56,997 nt of DNA, taken from assembly GCA_964452895.1 (NCBI GenBank), contig CAYVRY010000003.1, positions 1 to 56,997 of the forward strand. The letters run 5' to 3'. This document shows positions 17,193-26,521 of the stretch, in pieces. The DNA comes from an uncultured Halobacteriales archaeon. GTDB taxonomy: Archaea > Thermoplasmatota > E2 > JACPAO01 > JAHWKR01. Made by a program: the position numbers and the translations under genes. Under the pieces are notes generated by a model. The model did not search any database. It saw only the letters and a program-made list of their open reading frames with translations, and was not told where the DNA came from. Numbering within the stretch: the first letter of the stretch is position 1; every line of letters begins with the position of its first letter.

Positions 17193-18109
17193 GATCCAGA
17201 ACCCGCACCATTCAAGATGACGTACCCCTGGAGGGGGCCGAGCGACGAATCATGTCCGAACCATCCTCTGGAACCTCCGTAGAAGCCGGACCGGGATCGG
17301 GAGACGCCAAGGAGACGGGGCGGGAGGGTCACGCCGTTCGGCGTTGGGGACGTACGAAGCTGAGGGCCGAGAAGGTGAACCTGCGCTTCGGCGACCATCA
17401 CGTTCTCAAGGACGTCGACATGGAGATCCCGGCCAACGCGGTCACTGCGATCATCGGCCCCAGCGGATGCGGCAAGACGACTTTCCTGCGTGCATTGAAC
17501 CGGATGCACGACTTCACGGACCACTGCCGGATCGACGGCAAGGTCTTCCTGGATGACGTGGACGTCTACTCGAAGGACTTGAACCCCGTGTTCCTGCGCA
17601 CCCGGATCGGGATGGTGTTCCAGAAACCGAACCCGTTTCCCACCATGAGCATCAAGGACAATGTCCTGTTCGCACCGCGGCGTCTCGGGCTTGTCCATGG
17701 AAAAAAAGGGGCCCTCGAAATCGTACGGGAAGCATTGGAGCGCGCGGCCCTCTGGGACGAGGTGAAGGACCGGTTGGACGACTCGGCGACTTCCCTCTCC
17801 GGTGGTCAGCAACAACGGCTGTGCATCGCGCGGGCGTTGGCGATCAAGCCGGAGGTGATCCTCATGGATGAACCGTGCAGTGCGCTAGACCCGATCGCCA
17901 CGGGGAAGATCGAGGACTTGATCGTGGACCTGAAGAAGGATTACACGGTGGTGATCGTGACGCACAACATGCAGCAGGCCGCGCGGGTCTCCGACTGGAC
18001 GGCGTATTTCTACCTCGGGCAGGTCATCGAGTTCAACAGGACGGTGAAGGTCTTCGAGAACCCGGACGATCAGCGGACCGAGGCCTATGTGACCGGGAGG
18101 TTCGGATGA
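17189..18109 (+). CDS. pstB: Phosphate ABC transporter ATP-binding protein PstB
   Basis: Walker [10 protein letters not shown], signature [14 protein letters not shown], Walker B ILMDEP. ATG at 17189 overlaps the pstA stop (ATGA). A later Met at about 17252 is possible. Confidence 0.9.
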   Translation: MRSRTRTIQDDVPLEGAERRIMSEPSSGTSVEAGPGSGDAKETGREGHAVRRWGRTKLRAEKVNLRFGDHHVLKDVDMEIPANAVTAIIGPSGCGKTTFLRALNRMHDFTDHCRIDGKVFLDDVDVYSKDLNPVFLRTRIGMVFQKPNPFPTMSIKDNVLFAPRRLGLVHGKKGALEIVREALERAALWDEVKDRLDDSATSLSGGQQQRLCIARALAIKPEVILMDEPCSALDPIATGKIEDLIVDLKKDYTVVIVTHNMQQAARVSDWTAYFYLGQVIEFNRTVKVFENPDDQRTEAYVTGRFG

Positions 18110-18194
18110 TGAGCAGCTTCTTCCTTCGTCGGGCAGGGCCGAGAGTCCGTTGTCTTGGTCGATCTCACAAGCGAAACGTGCGGGGGCGATATGG

Positions 18195-18851
18195 ATGACC
18201 CGGGAGCGGTTCCACGATCAGCTTTCGGCGCTTTCGGGACAATTGGACGAACTGGCCGTGTTCGCCAAGGGGATGTTGACCGGTGGCGTGGAAGCGTTCG
18301 AGGGTCTGGACCGGGATCTGGCGAACGACGTGGATTCCCGCAAGGAGACGCTCGCGGAGATGGACGACCGGATCGAACAGGAGGCGTTGCGCCTCCTCGC
18401 CTTGCAGCAGCCTATGGCGGGGGACCTGCGGCGGATCGGCGCCACCTTGAAACTGATCACGTACCTCACACGCATCGGGCGTTACGGGCGCGACATCGGC
18501 AACGTGTTGAACCGTTGGCCGGAGGGACAGAACCACGTGCTTGACCTCGTGGACTTGCCCCGCATGGCGCAGATGACGCTGGACATGCTCGATGAGGTGC
18601 TTGCTTCGTTCCGTGAAGAGCGGCCCCCCGCTCTGGACCGGATCCAGAAGCTCGAGAACGAGGTGGACGTCATGCGCCGGCGTGTGTGGGACTCCTGCAT
18701 CGTGGACATGCTTGCGACCCCTTCCCACGTCGAGGTGTGTGCACAATACATGATGGTGGCCCGCTATCTGGAACGCTGCGCCGACAATGTATGCAAGATG
18801 ACCGAGAAACTCCATTATGTGGCTACGGGTCAGCGGGTGCACGTAGGATGA
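18195..18851 (+). CDS. phoU: Phosphate transport system regulator PhoU
   Basis: Two PhoU repeats, with a DxxxD-type motif in EMDDRIEQEALRLLALQQP and a second half RYLERCADN. ATG at 18195 is preferred over 18150. Confidence 0.8.
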   Translation: MTRERFHDQLSALSGQLDELAVFAKGMLTGGVEAFEGLDRDLANDVDSRKETLAEMDDRIEQEALRLLALQQPMAGDLRRIGATLKLITYLTRIGRYGRDIGNVLNRWPEGQNHVLDLVDLPRMAQMTLDMLDEVLASFREERPPALDRIQKLENEVDVMRRRVWDSCIVDMLATPSHVEVCAQYMMVARYLERCADNVCKMTEKLHYVATGQRVHVG

Positions 18852-18872
18852 GTATCGAGCCACCCGGCCCCA

Positions 18873-19577
18873 TCATTCCCGCACGAATCCACCCAGGTCG
18901 AACTCCACTTCCCTCTTGACGCGGACTTTGTGTTCACTCCCTCTTTGCCGCGCGACCATGTGGTCCACGAGCGCCTGCGTGGCGATCGCGGCAGCGAAAT
19001 GGGCCGTGGTCGCGATGCGGCTCTCCGTTTTTGGTTCGGGTGGGTCGTTGAGGGACAACCACGGCAGGTCACTGGGCCACTTCACGTCACGGTCCGCGTT
19101 CAGGTCAGATAACCAGTAACCGCCGGTGAGCCCGGCGTGTCGTGCCACGAGCACGACGGGTCGTTCGTCCTGCGGCCATTGGTGGACAGCACCGAGCACC
19201 CGTGGCGGGAGCCTCGGGTCGCTCGTGGTGATCACGATGGCGTTTTCCCGTCCCGGGGTGAGGTGTTCCAGCGCGAAGGGTTTCGCGGTGGTGATGCATC
19301 GCACGCTCTTGTGGATCCGGGCGAGCACGATGCTCAAGGCGGCGGCTTTGTTGTGGCCCACCTGGTCCTCCGAGAACGCGGCGCGGTTCAGGTGGTCCGG
19401 CGTGACGGCGCGGGGGTCGATCAGGTGGAACCGGCGGACACCGAGGCGCACGAGGATCCGGGCGATGAGCGTGCCCAGGGATCCGCAGCCCAACAGCATG
19501 ACATGCTGGTCTTGGACCGTTTCCAGGGGGATGATCTCCTGGTGGCGGGAAAAATGGTGCGGGTCGACTGTCGGCAC
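18873..19577 (-). CDS. ThiF/MoeB/HesA-family (E1-like) Rossmann protein
   Basis: VMLLGCGSLGTLIARILVRLGVRRFHLIDPRAV...NR matches the E1-like nucleotide-binding fold. Only 234 aa. No C-terminal cysteine or rhodanese domain. Confidence 0.55.
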   Translation of the reverse strand: MPTVDPHHFSRHQEIIPLETVQDQHVMLLGCGSLGTLIARILVRLGVRRFHLIDPRAVTPDHLNRAAFSEDQVGHNKAAALSIVLARIHKSVRCITTAKPFALEHLTPGRENAIVITTSDPRLPPRVLGAVHQWPQDERPVVLVARHAGLTGGYWLSDLNADRDVKWPSDLPWLSLNDPPEPKTESRIATTAHFAAAIATQALVDHMVARQRGSEHKVRVKREVEFDLGGFVRE

Positions 19578-19763
19578 GGGGGTGGCCTCTCCTGCTGCGG
19601 CGGCGCCGGGAGGGCCCTTGTTGTTAGAGGTTTTCCGTCTTGGACGGTTCAGCGGGGCTCCCCCGGTTGCAAAGGCTCAAAAGAGCCCGGGGGGTCCCGC
19701 GGCTTGTCCCCAATCGCCCGGGCGCCGGTCGCCGTCGCCGGAGGCCGGGGGCTTGGGTGGACC

Positions 19764-20738
19764 ATGACTCAGGAAGGCGCTACGTTGCTGTTCGATCCGC
19801 GGGAATTCATCGAGGAGGCACTGGGGGACCTGCGCGAGAAGGTCAATGATCGGGCCGTGATCGCGTGCAGCGGGGGCGTGGATTCCACGGTGGCCGCGGC
19901 ACTGGCCAACGAGGCGGTGGGGGACCGATTGGTGGCGGTCTACGTCGACACAGGGTTCATGCGCAAGGGGGAGACCGAAGAGGTGCGCGCCATGTACGAA
20001 TCCATCGGGTTGAACCTGCGGTACGTGGACGCCGCAAACGAGTTCCTGGATGCGTTGGCGGACGTCACGGAACCGGAGGAGAAGCGGCGTCGGATCGGCG
20101 AACTGTTCATCCGTGTTTTCGAGCGGGTGGCCAAGGAGACCGACGCCAAGTATCTCGTGCAGGGGACGATCGCGCCGGATTGGATCGAGTCGGGCGGCGG
20201 GGCACGGGATACGATCAAGAGCCATCACAACGTGGGCGGACTGCCGGAGCGCATGGACCTGGAGGTCGTGGAGCCGCTTCGCGACCTGTACAAGGACGAG
20301 GTCCGCTCCGTGGCGCGGGCCATGAAGCTCCCCATCGCGGAGCGTCAACCGTTTCCCGGTCCGGGTCTTTTGGTGCGCGTGTTGGGGGCGCCCACGCGGG
20401 AACGGGTGGAGACGGTGCGCGAGGCGTGCGCGATCGTGGAGGAAGAGATCGACAAGGCCGTGGAGAGCGGGGAGCTGAAGAATCCGCCGTGGCAGTATTA
20501 CGCTGCGTTGTTGCCGGTGCGCAGTGTGGGCGTGCAGGGCGACATCCGGGTCTACGGCGAGACCATCGTGGTGCGGGCCGTGGAGTCCGTCGACGTGATG
20601 ACCGCCACGGCGACACCGATCCCCCCGGAGGTGCTCGCGCGGATCAGCCGCCGGATCACGAACACGCTCAAGGACCGGGTGAACCGCGTGGTCTACGATG
20701 TGACGGACAAGCCGCCGGGCACGGTGGAGTGGGAGTAG
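19764..20738 (+). CDS. guaA: GMP synthase subunit B (ATP pyrophosphatase subunit, archaeal split form)
   Basis: SGGVDSTV PP-loop, C-terminal dimerisation region ending PPGTVEWE, no glutaminase domain. Confidence 0.9.
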   Translation: MTQEGATLLFDPREFIEEALGDLREKVNDRAVIACSGGVDSTVAAALANEAVGDRLVAVYVDTGFMRKGETEEVRAMYESIGLNLRYVDAANEFLDALADVTEPEEKRRRIGELFIRVFERVAKETDAKYLVQGTIAPDWIESGGGARDTIKSHHNVGGLPERMDLEVVEPLRDLYKDEVRSVARAMKLPIAERQPFPGPGLLVRVLGAPTRERVETVREACAIVEEEIDKAVESGELKNPPWQYYAALLPVRSVGVQGDIRVYGETIVVRAVESVDVMTATATPIPPEVLARISRRITNTLKDRVNRVVYDVTDKPPGTVEWE

Positions 20739-20775
20739 GCACGCGGAAGGATGCACTGGGAAAGTTGTTGACAGA

Positions 20776-21393
20776 GTGAATCAGGCTATAAGTAAAAGCC
20801 AAAACAACACAAAGCTTTATATACTTAGATGGGTCAAAGGCGGTGTTGTGAGCGCCCCCGTCGAGTTTGTGGTCACTCGTCATATGATCTCCCATCACGA
20901 GGACTCTCCTTCTGAGGCTGCCCGGCATTGCCACTTGGAGAGATCCAGCGTGTCCAAGGCGCTCAAACGATTGCGGACGATGGGCATCGAGACGGACGGC
21001 CAGCGGTTGGCCCACCTGGAAACCCTGCCCCGCAGACCCCACTGGCCGTGCTATTTTTTCCACGCCCCAAACCCTGACCATTGGGTCCAGGAGGCAAAGT
21101 TTCCTCATTGGCTGACCGGGGAGGCGGCAGCCGCGTTCGAAGGCCTCGACCTCGTACCGGCACGCCTTGAGGTTTATGTCCGGCGTGTGGACACCGAAGC
21201 CGCATTGCTCGCGGCGAAACGGGCATTCGCAAAAATATCCTCTGGCCGGGATGCCAACCTGATCGTCCGGGTCGCCGATCCTTGGCTTCATCTTCGCCCT
21301 GACGAGCCTCTTGTCGAGCGGGGCCAACGACTATACGATTACGCACGCAGTAAGAACATCCAGTTCGCCAAGGAGATGGAAAGACTTGAGTGA
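20776..21393 (+). CDS. wHTH protein, AbiEi-like antitoxin candidate
   Basis: HTH-like EAARHCHLERSSVSKALKRLRTMG plus a C-terminal domain. Lower-GC region. TTTATATA at 20816-20823 sits about 25 nt upstream of an in-frame GTG at 20848, which may be the true leaderless start. Confidence 0.4.
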   Translation: MNQAISKSQNNTKLYILRWVKGGVVSAPVEFVVTRHMISHHEDSPSEAARHCHLERSSVSKALKRLRTMGIETDGQRLAHLETLPRRPHWPCYFFHAPNPDHWVQEAKFPHWLTGEAAAAFEGLDLVPARLEVYVRRVDTEAALLAAKRAFAKISSGRDANLIVRVADPWLHLRPDEPLVERGQRLYDYARSKNIQFAKEMERLE

Positions 21394-21429
21394 GTTCATG
21401 GTGAGGACATCCTCACAAGGAGCCGACGT

Positions 21430-22062
21430 TTGTATGAGCAGATCAAGCCCTGGGCAGAACACCGAGGGGATGTGACGTTGATTGGCGGCTGGGCGGTCTA
21501 CGAGCTTGTGGCGCCACCATATCGGATGCAATCACGTGACATCGACCTGATCATGCACAATGGACCGGCCCTCGAGGCTTTCCAGCTCGAATTGCCGAAA
21601 TGGGGGTTGAAATGGCGCGAAAAGGGTCGCAACCGATTCAGCGACTGCCATCTCAAGGAAGATCCGGATAAGAATATCGTGGTCGATGTATTCAAAGACC
21701 ACCATTTTGCCGAACGGGTTTTCAAGGGCATCAAGGCTCGAGGGGGGGTCGGGGTAAAGTCGGCAGGTGGGCATGGCTTTCTTCCCGGTGTAGAATGGAT
21801 GATCGCCGACAAAATCCAGACGATACCAAAACGGGTAAGAGACCGTTCATTGAAGCAGGCAAAGGATCTCTTGGACATTCACGCTCTGGTTTTTCATAAT
21901 CTGCAACAGAAGACGCCCCGTGACCTTCTGAAGACGGCGTCGGATGCGAGTCGTTCCGAAGCAGCTCGATACATACAACCATCACTGGAACTACGTCCCC
22001 AAAACCAAGAGGAGCTGGAGGGACTCAGACTTTGGCTGGATCAATCCATCGATGAAGTATAG
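21430..22062 (+). CDS. Nucleotidyltransferase-fold protein, AbiEii/DUF1814-like toxin candidate
   Basis: IGGWAVYEL...SRDIDLIM fits the GG...R-x-D-x-D minimal NTase motif. TTG start. Lower-GC region. Follows the wHTH gene after a 36-nt gap. Confidence 0.45.
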   Translation: MYEQIKPWAEHRGDVTLIGGWAVYELVAPPYRMQSRDIDLIMHNGPALEAFQLELPKWGLKWREKGRNRFSDCHLKEDPDKNIVVDVFKDHHFAERVFKGIKARGGVGVKSAGGHGFLPGVEWMIADKIQTIPKRVRDRSLKQAKDLLDIHALVFHNLQQKTPRDLLKTASDASRSEAARYIQPSLELRPQNQEELEGLRLWLDQSIDEV

Positions 22063-22161
22063 TGTCGTCGGCCAGGACTCGATACCCATCTTGGATGATG
22101 AAACAACACGAAAAGCAGGGGGAGTAGGAAAGAGAAAGGGGGGAGAAGGCGGTGCGCTCCA

Positions 22162-22923
22162 CTACATGGATTCCACGTAGAGCACTTCGATCAGGCCTTT
22201 GGCGCTCACGCTGCCGGATTCGGTCTCCAGTTCGAACGTGTAGTTGCCGGCGGGCGGCTCGGAACCGCTGAGTTCGATGGTGGCGTTCTCACCGGCGCCC
22301 AGTTCGCGGCGTTCCTCTTCGAGGGTCTCGTTGTCCTCGCCGAGGATGCGTACGGTGAACTCGGACGACAGGGCCGGGTCGTTGTTCTCCACGTCGAGCC
22401 TCAGGAGCCAGCCTGTGGCTTGTTCATACACCTCGAACCCCGTTTCGGTCCGCTGGGTGTCGCCGGGAAGGTCTTCGATGGGGTTCGCTGCCGTGGTTTC
22501 GCTGATCTGGTGACGTTCGTTCACGACGAGGGTGAGTTCATCCGTGTCGGTGCGGTTGTCCCCGTCCTCGTCCTGCGCGGTCACGGTCAGGGTCGCGGTG
22601 AATACGCCGCCGTGTTCGTATTCATGTTCGTAGACGGCGCCGTCGAGGTCTTCGGCTTCGTGGACCGTGCCGTCGCCCAGCTCGAAGCGCCAGTGCGTGA
22701 TCTCGCTGTCATCGGGTGGGGTCGAGTTGGACCCGTCGAATCGGACGGTGTCGCCGGCCCAGGGGTCCTCGTTGTCCGCGAGGAGGGCCGCTTCCGGGTC
22801 GTCACCTGATATCGGTGTTCCGTCCAGGCAGCCGGCGAAGGCGACCATGGCGAGGAACGCCGTGAAGATCAGGGCGTAGACCCCGCCCGACTGGTGTCGG
22901 TGGCGGGATGTGTGGTCTCGCAT
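22162..22923 (-). CDS. PKD-domain lipoprotein
   Basis: Signal peptide ending FAGC (lipobox-like). The PKD signature WRFELGDGT...YEHGGVFTATLTVTA. The Met at 22923 is preferred, because the upstream part of the 343-aa ORF is Pro/Arg-rich nonsense. Confidence 0.7.
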   Translation of the reverse strand: MRDHTSRHRHQSGGVYALIFTAFLAMVAFAGCLDGTPISGDDPEAALLADNEDPWAGDTVRFDGSNSTPPDDSEITHWRFELGDGTVHEAEDLDGAVYEHEYEHGGVFTATLTVTAQDEDGDNRTDTDELTLVVNERHQISETTAANPIEDLPGDTQRTETGFEVYEQATGWLLRLDVENNDPALSSEFTVRILGEDNETLEEERRELGAGENATIELSGSEPPAGNYTFELETESGSVSAKGLIEVLYVESM

Positions 22924-23366
22924 GGGATTCACTTGACCCGCAGATTCACATAAAGGGTCTCTCAGGTTATTCGACGGGTTTTTTCCTGTTCTCGAAGGAC
23001 CTGCGTCGTACGGGGTTTGTAGTGTGTTCCTTGACAGTGGTTGGATAACCAGGAATGTAGAAGCGCGGGCATGGGCTCGCCGCTTGCGGACCGGAAGAGG
23101 ACGGGAAAGAGAATCGGGTGGAGGCTGCGGTGGGTTCAACCGAACAGACGGGCGATCCAGGATCGCTGTGATCGACGACGCCGCGGCGCGCACGTCAGTC
23201 TCTTGCGAACCGGGCTCATTCCTGCATGATGACGGGGGCGCAGATCATGGTGGGTCGAGCGCATGATGCACGATTTCGGTCTCGATCTGTAAGCATGGGG
23301 GCCTGCCGGGTGAGCCGTGTTTTCTCAGCAGAAACGTTTTCCCTGACACGCCCGTGCGCGCCTTCG

Positions 23367-23609
23367 ATGGCCGAACCGGTCACCTATTCCGGGCCGCGCG
23401 GCGACCTGATCTGGTCCCCTGATGATTGTTATGACTGCTCTGGCTGCGTGGGGGCGTGTCCTTTCTCTGCGCTGGAGATCCGCGACGGGTTGATCCTGGC
23501 GGACATGCAGCGCTGCACGCTGTGCACGATCTGTGAGCGGGTGTGTCCGACGGCGGCGTTCGCGATCCAGCGGTCGAACGTGAAGACCACCGGGGCCGTG
23601 TCGCCTTGA
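23367..23609 (+). CDS. 2x[4Fe-4S] ferredoxin
   Basis: Two CxxCxxCxxxCP motifs (CYDCSGCVGACP and CTLCTICERVCP). ATG at 23367. Confidence 0.75.
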   Translation: MAEPVTYSGPRGDLIWSPDDCYDCSGCVGACPFSALEIRDGLILADMQRCTLCTICERVCPTAAFAIQRSNVKTTGAVSP

Positions 23610-24622
23610 GCGAAAGCGGCCCGCCGCCGGTCGCCCCGGATCGGCCCGGCCCCGTGCAGGAGGGGGAGTGGGGGTTGGTGGATTGGGTGCGCTCGCGTGC
23701 GGCCGTGTCCGTCCCGAAGACTGCGGTGGGGCCAGGCGATGATGCGGCGGTCTTGCCGTGGCAGGGTGATGATCTGGTCATCACGACGGATCTGGTCGCG
23801 GAAGGCACGCATTTCTTCCCGGACACCGCCGGCGAGCAGGTGGGTCGTTTCGCGGCGGCGGTCAACCTGAGCGATCTCGCGGCCATGGGCGCCGTGCCGC
23901 GGGGACTCGTGGCGGCCTGCGGCGCTCCCAAGACCGCGCCGGGGGAGTGGTTCCGCGGGGTGAGCGAGGGTCTGATGAAGGGGCTTGCACCCTACGAGTG
24001 CCCCCTCATGGGCGGGGATACGAAGACCGCACCGGCGCGCGTGGTAGCGGGTACGGCGTTCGGGTCGGTTCCCTCGGGCAGCGCGATGCTGCGAAGCGGT
24101 GCGCAACCGGGGGACCTCATCGTCGTCACGGGACCCATGGGGGGCCCGGGGGCCGCGTTGTGCTTGTTGCAGGATGCCGTGTTGGGACGCGACGAGGCGC
24201 TCGCTCATGTGTTCGATGTTGAGCCGCGCGTGAAGGTCGGTGCCGCGCTGCGCGAATCCGGGGTCCGGGCGGCGGTGGATACCAGCGACGGCCTTGCGCG
24301 CTCGGTGGGTCTCATGGCGGCGGCATCCGGTGTCGCGGTGGACATGGACCTGCGCTCGGTGCCGGTCCATGACTTGGTGATGAAGGCCGTGGGGGACGAT
24401 CGTTCCAAAAAGCGGTGGCAGGAAGTGGTGTTGGGGACGGGGGGAGAATACGAGCTCGTGGTGGCCGTGGCGGAGGGCGGGTTCGACCGGGCGCGCGAGT
24501 TGGCCGCGCGCTTCGGCGTGGCGTTGACCCGCGTGGGGGAGGTGCGCTCGGGTTCGGGGGCACGGGGGCAGCTGGACGGCGAGTGGTTCGAGCTGCAGGG
24601 GCGGGGCTGGCGACAGCGCTGA
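23606..24622 (+). CDS. thiL: Thiamine-monophosphate kinase
   Basis: GDDAAVL, ITTDLVAEGTHF and VNLSDLAAMGA motifs of the ThiL/AIR-synthase-like family. TTG at 23606 overlaps the ferredoxin stop (TTGA). Confidence 0.8.
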   Translation: MSESGPPPVAPDRPGPVQEGEWGLVDWVRSRAAVSVPKTAVGPGDDAAVLPWQGDDLVITTDLVAEGTHFFPDTAGEQVGRFAAAVNLSDLAAMGAVPRGLVAACGAPKTAPGEWFRGVSEGLMKGLAPYECPLMGGDTKTAPARVVAGTAFGSVPSGSAMLRSGAQPGDLIVVTGPMGGPGAALCLLQDAVLGRDEALAHVFDVEPRVKVGAALRESGVRAAVDTSDGLARSVGLMAAASGVAVDMDLRSVPVHDLVMKAVGDDRSKKRWQEVVLGTGGEYELVVAVAEGGFDRARELAARFGVALTRVGEVRSGSGARGQLDGEWFELQGRGWRQR

Positions 24623-24655
24623 TTCCCTGCCCCTCCTGTCGGCTTATAAGGGCTG

Positions 24656-25780
24656 ATGCACGATGGGGCCATAAAGGAAATAAAGGCGCAGAGGGGCTCG
24701 CCATCGAAGATGGCTGCCCAAAGGATCTCCGAGAAGCAGTTTCGCACCCGTCGTCGCGACCGACGCATGGTCTGGGTGGATGCTTTGGCATTCCTGCTTG
24801 GCCTGCTGATCGTCACGGCGAGCGTGGGCGGGGTGATCCTTTACGAACCGGTGACCAAGCCCATTGAGTGGACCGGGGTGTTCTTCGAATCGACTGTGGA
24901 CGAGACGCGCACTTGCGCTGGTTTCGAGGGCGGGGACCAGAAGGGTGAAGCCTGCTCGGCTCCGATCATGTCCGACCTTCATCAGGAAGGCGAGGAGAAC
25001 GCGTTGGATTATGCATGGCCCCCGGTGACGGCGGCGAACGTGACGGAGGTCTCGTTCCGCTTGAGCTGGCGGGACACGGTCCCTGAGACGCACCCGGACG
25101 AGGGTTGCGACGAGCAAGGCTCCGACGGCGAGGAGAACTATTGCTATCGGGAATGGGATTACAACGAGAATTCCACCGCGATCCTCCGTTTGGCGGTCTA
25201 CAGGCCGGACGGGACCTTGTTCGAGGAGGTGGAGAAGGCGAACAACTGGGAGAACGTCACCAGTGGGACCGGCAGCGGCGTCCCCAGCGGGAGCATCCGG
25301 ATCACGGTGCCCGTGCTCGAGTTGCCGGGCGAGGTGTCGAACCTGAGTGCGGACACGCAGGCGGAGGCAGAGGCGCAGATCAACGAGACCCATTACGCCG
25401 CCGACCACGAAGCATTGGGGGAATGGAAGACCACGGTGACCGTGGTGCGCCAAGGGGGCATGAACGGCACCATCCCGACGAGTCCCTGCGCAACGGCGAC
25501 CGGGCCGGATGAAGTGCCGCTGCGTCAGGAGGACCTGCCGGTCTCCGAAGAGGATTGCAGCATCTATGAGGCGTACTACGACCTGGGGAATCCCGGGCAG
25601 GGCATAGGACAAGGGAGCCCTCCGTCGCAGTATGCTGGCCTCTACGAATACTACGGCAGGAACACCCCCGAGATCGTGCGTGACGAGCTTCCGTACACGT
25701 CGACCTATGAGGGCGAGGGCCAGTCATGGCTTCTGAGCATGAGGACCCGGGCGTACGAGGCAGCAGCCGGCGTCGGGTGA
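24656..25780 (+). CDS. Hypothetical membrane-anchored acidic protein
   Basis: Basic N-terminus, one TM (VWVDALAFLLGLLIVTASVGGVILY), then an acidic Cys-containing ectodomain. The start is uncertain (24656, 24710 or 24767). Confidence 0.45.
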   Translation: MHDGAIKEIKAQRGSPSKMAAQRISEKQFRTRRRDRRMVWVDALAFLLGLLIVTASVGGVILYEPVTKPIEWTGVFFESTVDETRTCAGFEGGDQKGEACSAPIMSDLHQEGEENALDYAWPPVTAANVTEVSFRLSWRDTVPETHPDEGCDEQGSDGEENYCYREWDYNENSTAILRLAVYRPDGTLFEEVEKANNWENVTSGTGSGVPSGSIRITVPVLELPGEVSNLSADTQAEAEAQINETHYAADHEALGEWKTTVTVVRQGGMNGTIPTSPCATATGPDEVPLRQEDLPVSEEDCSIYEAYYDLGNPGQGIGQGSPPSQYAGLYEYYGRNTPEIVRDELPYTSTYEGEGQSWLLSMRTRAYEAAAGVG

Positions 25781-25876
25781 GGCGGCCCGCTTCGCCTGCA
25801 AGCGCCCGGCCGCCGCAGCCCAAAGACACAACCCTTATACCGCGACCTCGGCTCCAAGAGCACGGAGGCGGAAGTC

Positions 25877-26521
25877 TTGGTTTCAAGTGACACCATCGTG
25901 GGGATCGTCGGAGCGGTCATCCTGACCGGGGCGATGATCGCGGTTTTCTATTACGAGGCGGACCGCGGGGACGACGGAGCACCGGGGACCATTGGTGACG
26001 GGGCGGAGCGTTTTGACTTCCGCTTTACAGAGTCCGATCATGCCTTCGTGGATTCCGAGGATCAGTCCCTGACGGAGGAGGATTCCCAGGACTTCCCCGT
26101 GGATGTCCCGCCATATGCATTCAAGATCCTTGTCGAGGTGGAGTGGCAGGAGCACGATTTCCCCGAGTTGGTGGGGGAGCCGGGCTACACGATCGAGGTG
26201 CTCGACGACGACGCGGACGACGCGGTCCTCTACACGAGCAATGCGAGTCCTCTGGATGAGGGCATCAACGACACAAAGTCTGCTCCGCAGAGTATGGACT
26301 TGACGGTGGCCGCCGACAGCGAAGAGGAGGCGCAGGAGACCGTCGATGAATACATGCAGAGCGAGGAAGTGGCCGCCAACGGGCGCAACTGGACGGTCCG
26401 GGTCACGTTGGACGACGATGGGATCGACGACCCCACGGGGCAGGCCGGCCAGGAGCGGATGTTCGACATCACGGTGCGCCTCTCCCATTACGTGCCCGAG
26501 TTGGTCGACGACACCGAGTGA
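25877..26521 (+). CDS. Hypothetical membrane-anchored acidic protein (possible paralogue of the upstream gene)
   Basis: N-terminal TM (IVGIVGAVILTGAMIAVFYY) followed by a very acidic domain, the same architecture as 24656..25780. Confidence 0.45.
   Translation: MVSSDTIVGIVGAVILTGAMIAVFYYEADRGDDGAPGTIGDGAERFDFRFTESDHAFVDSEDQSLTEEDSQDFPVDVPPYAFKILVEVEWQEHDFPELVGEPGYTIEVLDDDADDAVLYTSNASPLDEGINDTKSAPQSMDLTVAADSEEEAQETVDEYMQSEEVAANGRNWTVRVTLDDDGIDDPTGQAGQERMFDITVRLSHYVPELVDDTE

Noticed and set aside
22094-22100. C-box-like ATGATGA motifs (also at 23226-23232) that might indicate C/D box sRNAs
   Set aside because: There is no CTGA D box at the expected 50-70 nt distance and no terminal stem.
23404-23414. 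ACCTGATCTGG, resembling the conserved core of TPP riboswitches, just upstream of thiL
   Set aside because: It lies inside the ferredoxin coding frame (RGDLIW). The companion CUGAGA element is present only in the wrong orientation, and the P1-P5 pairing pattern is missing.
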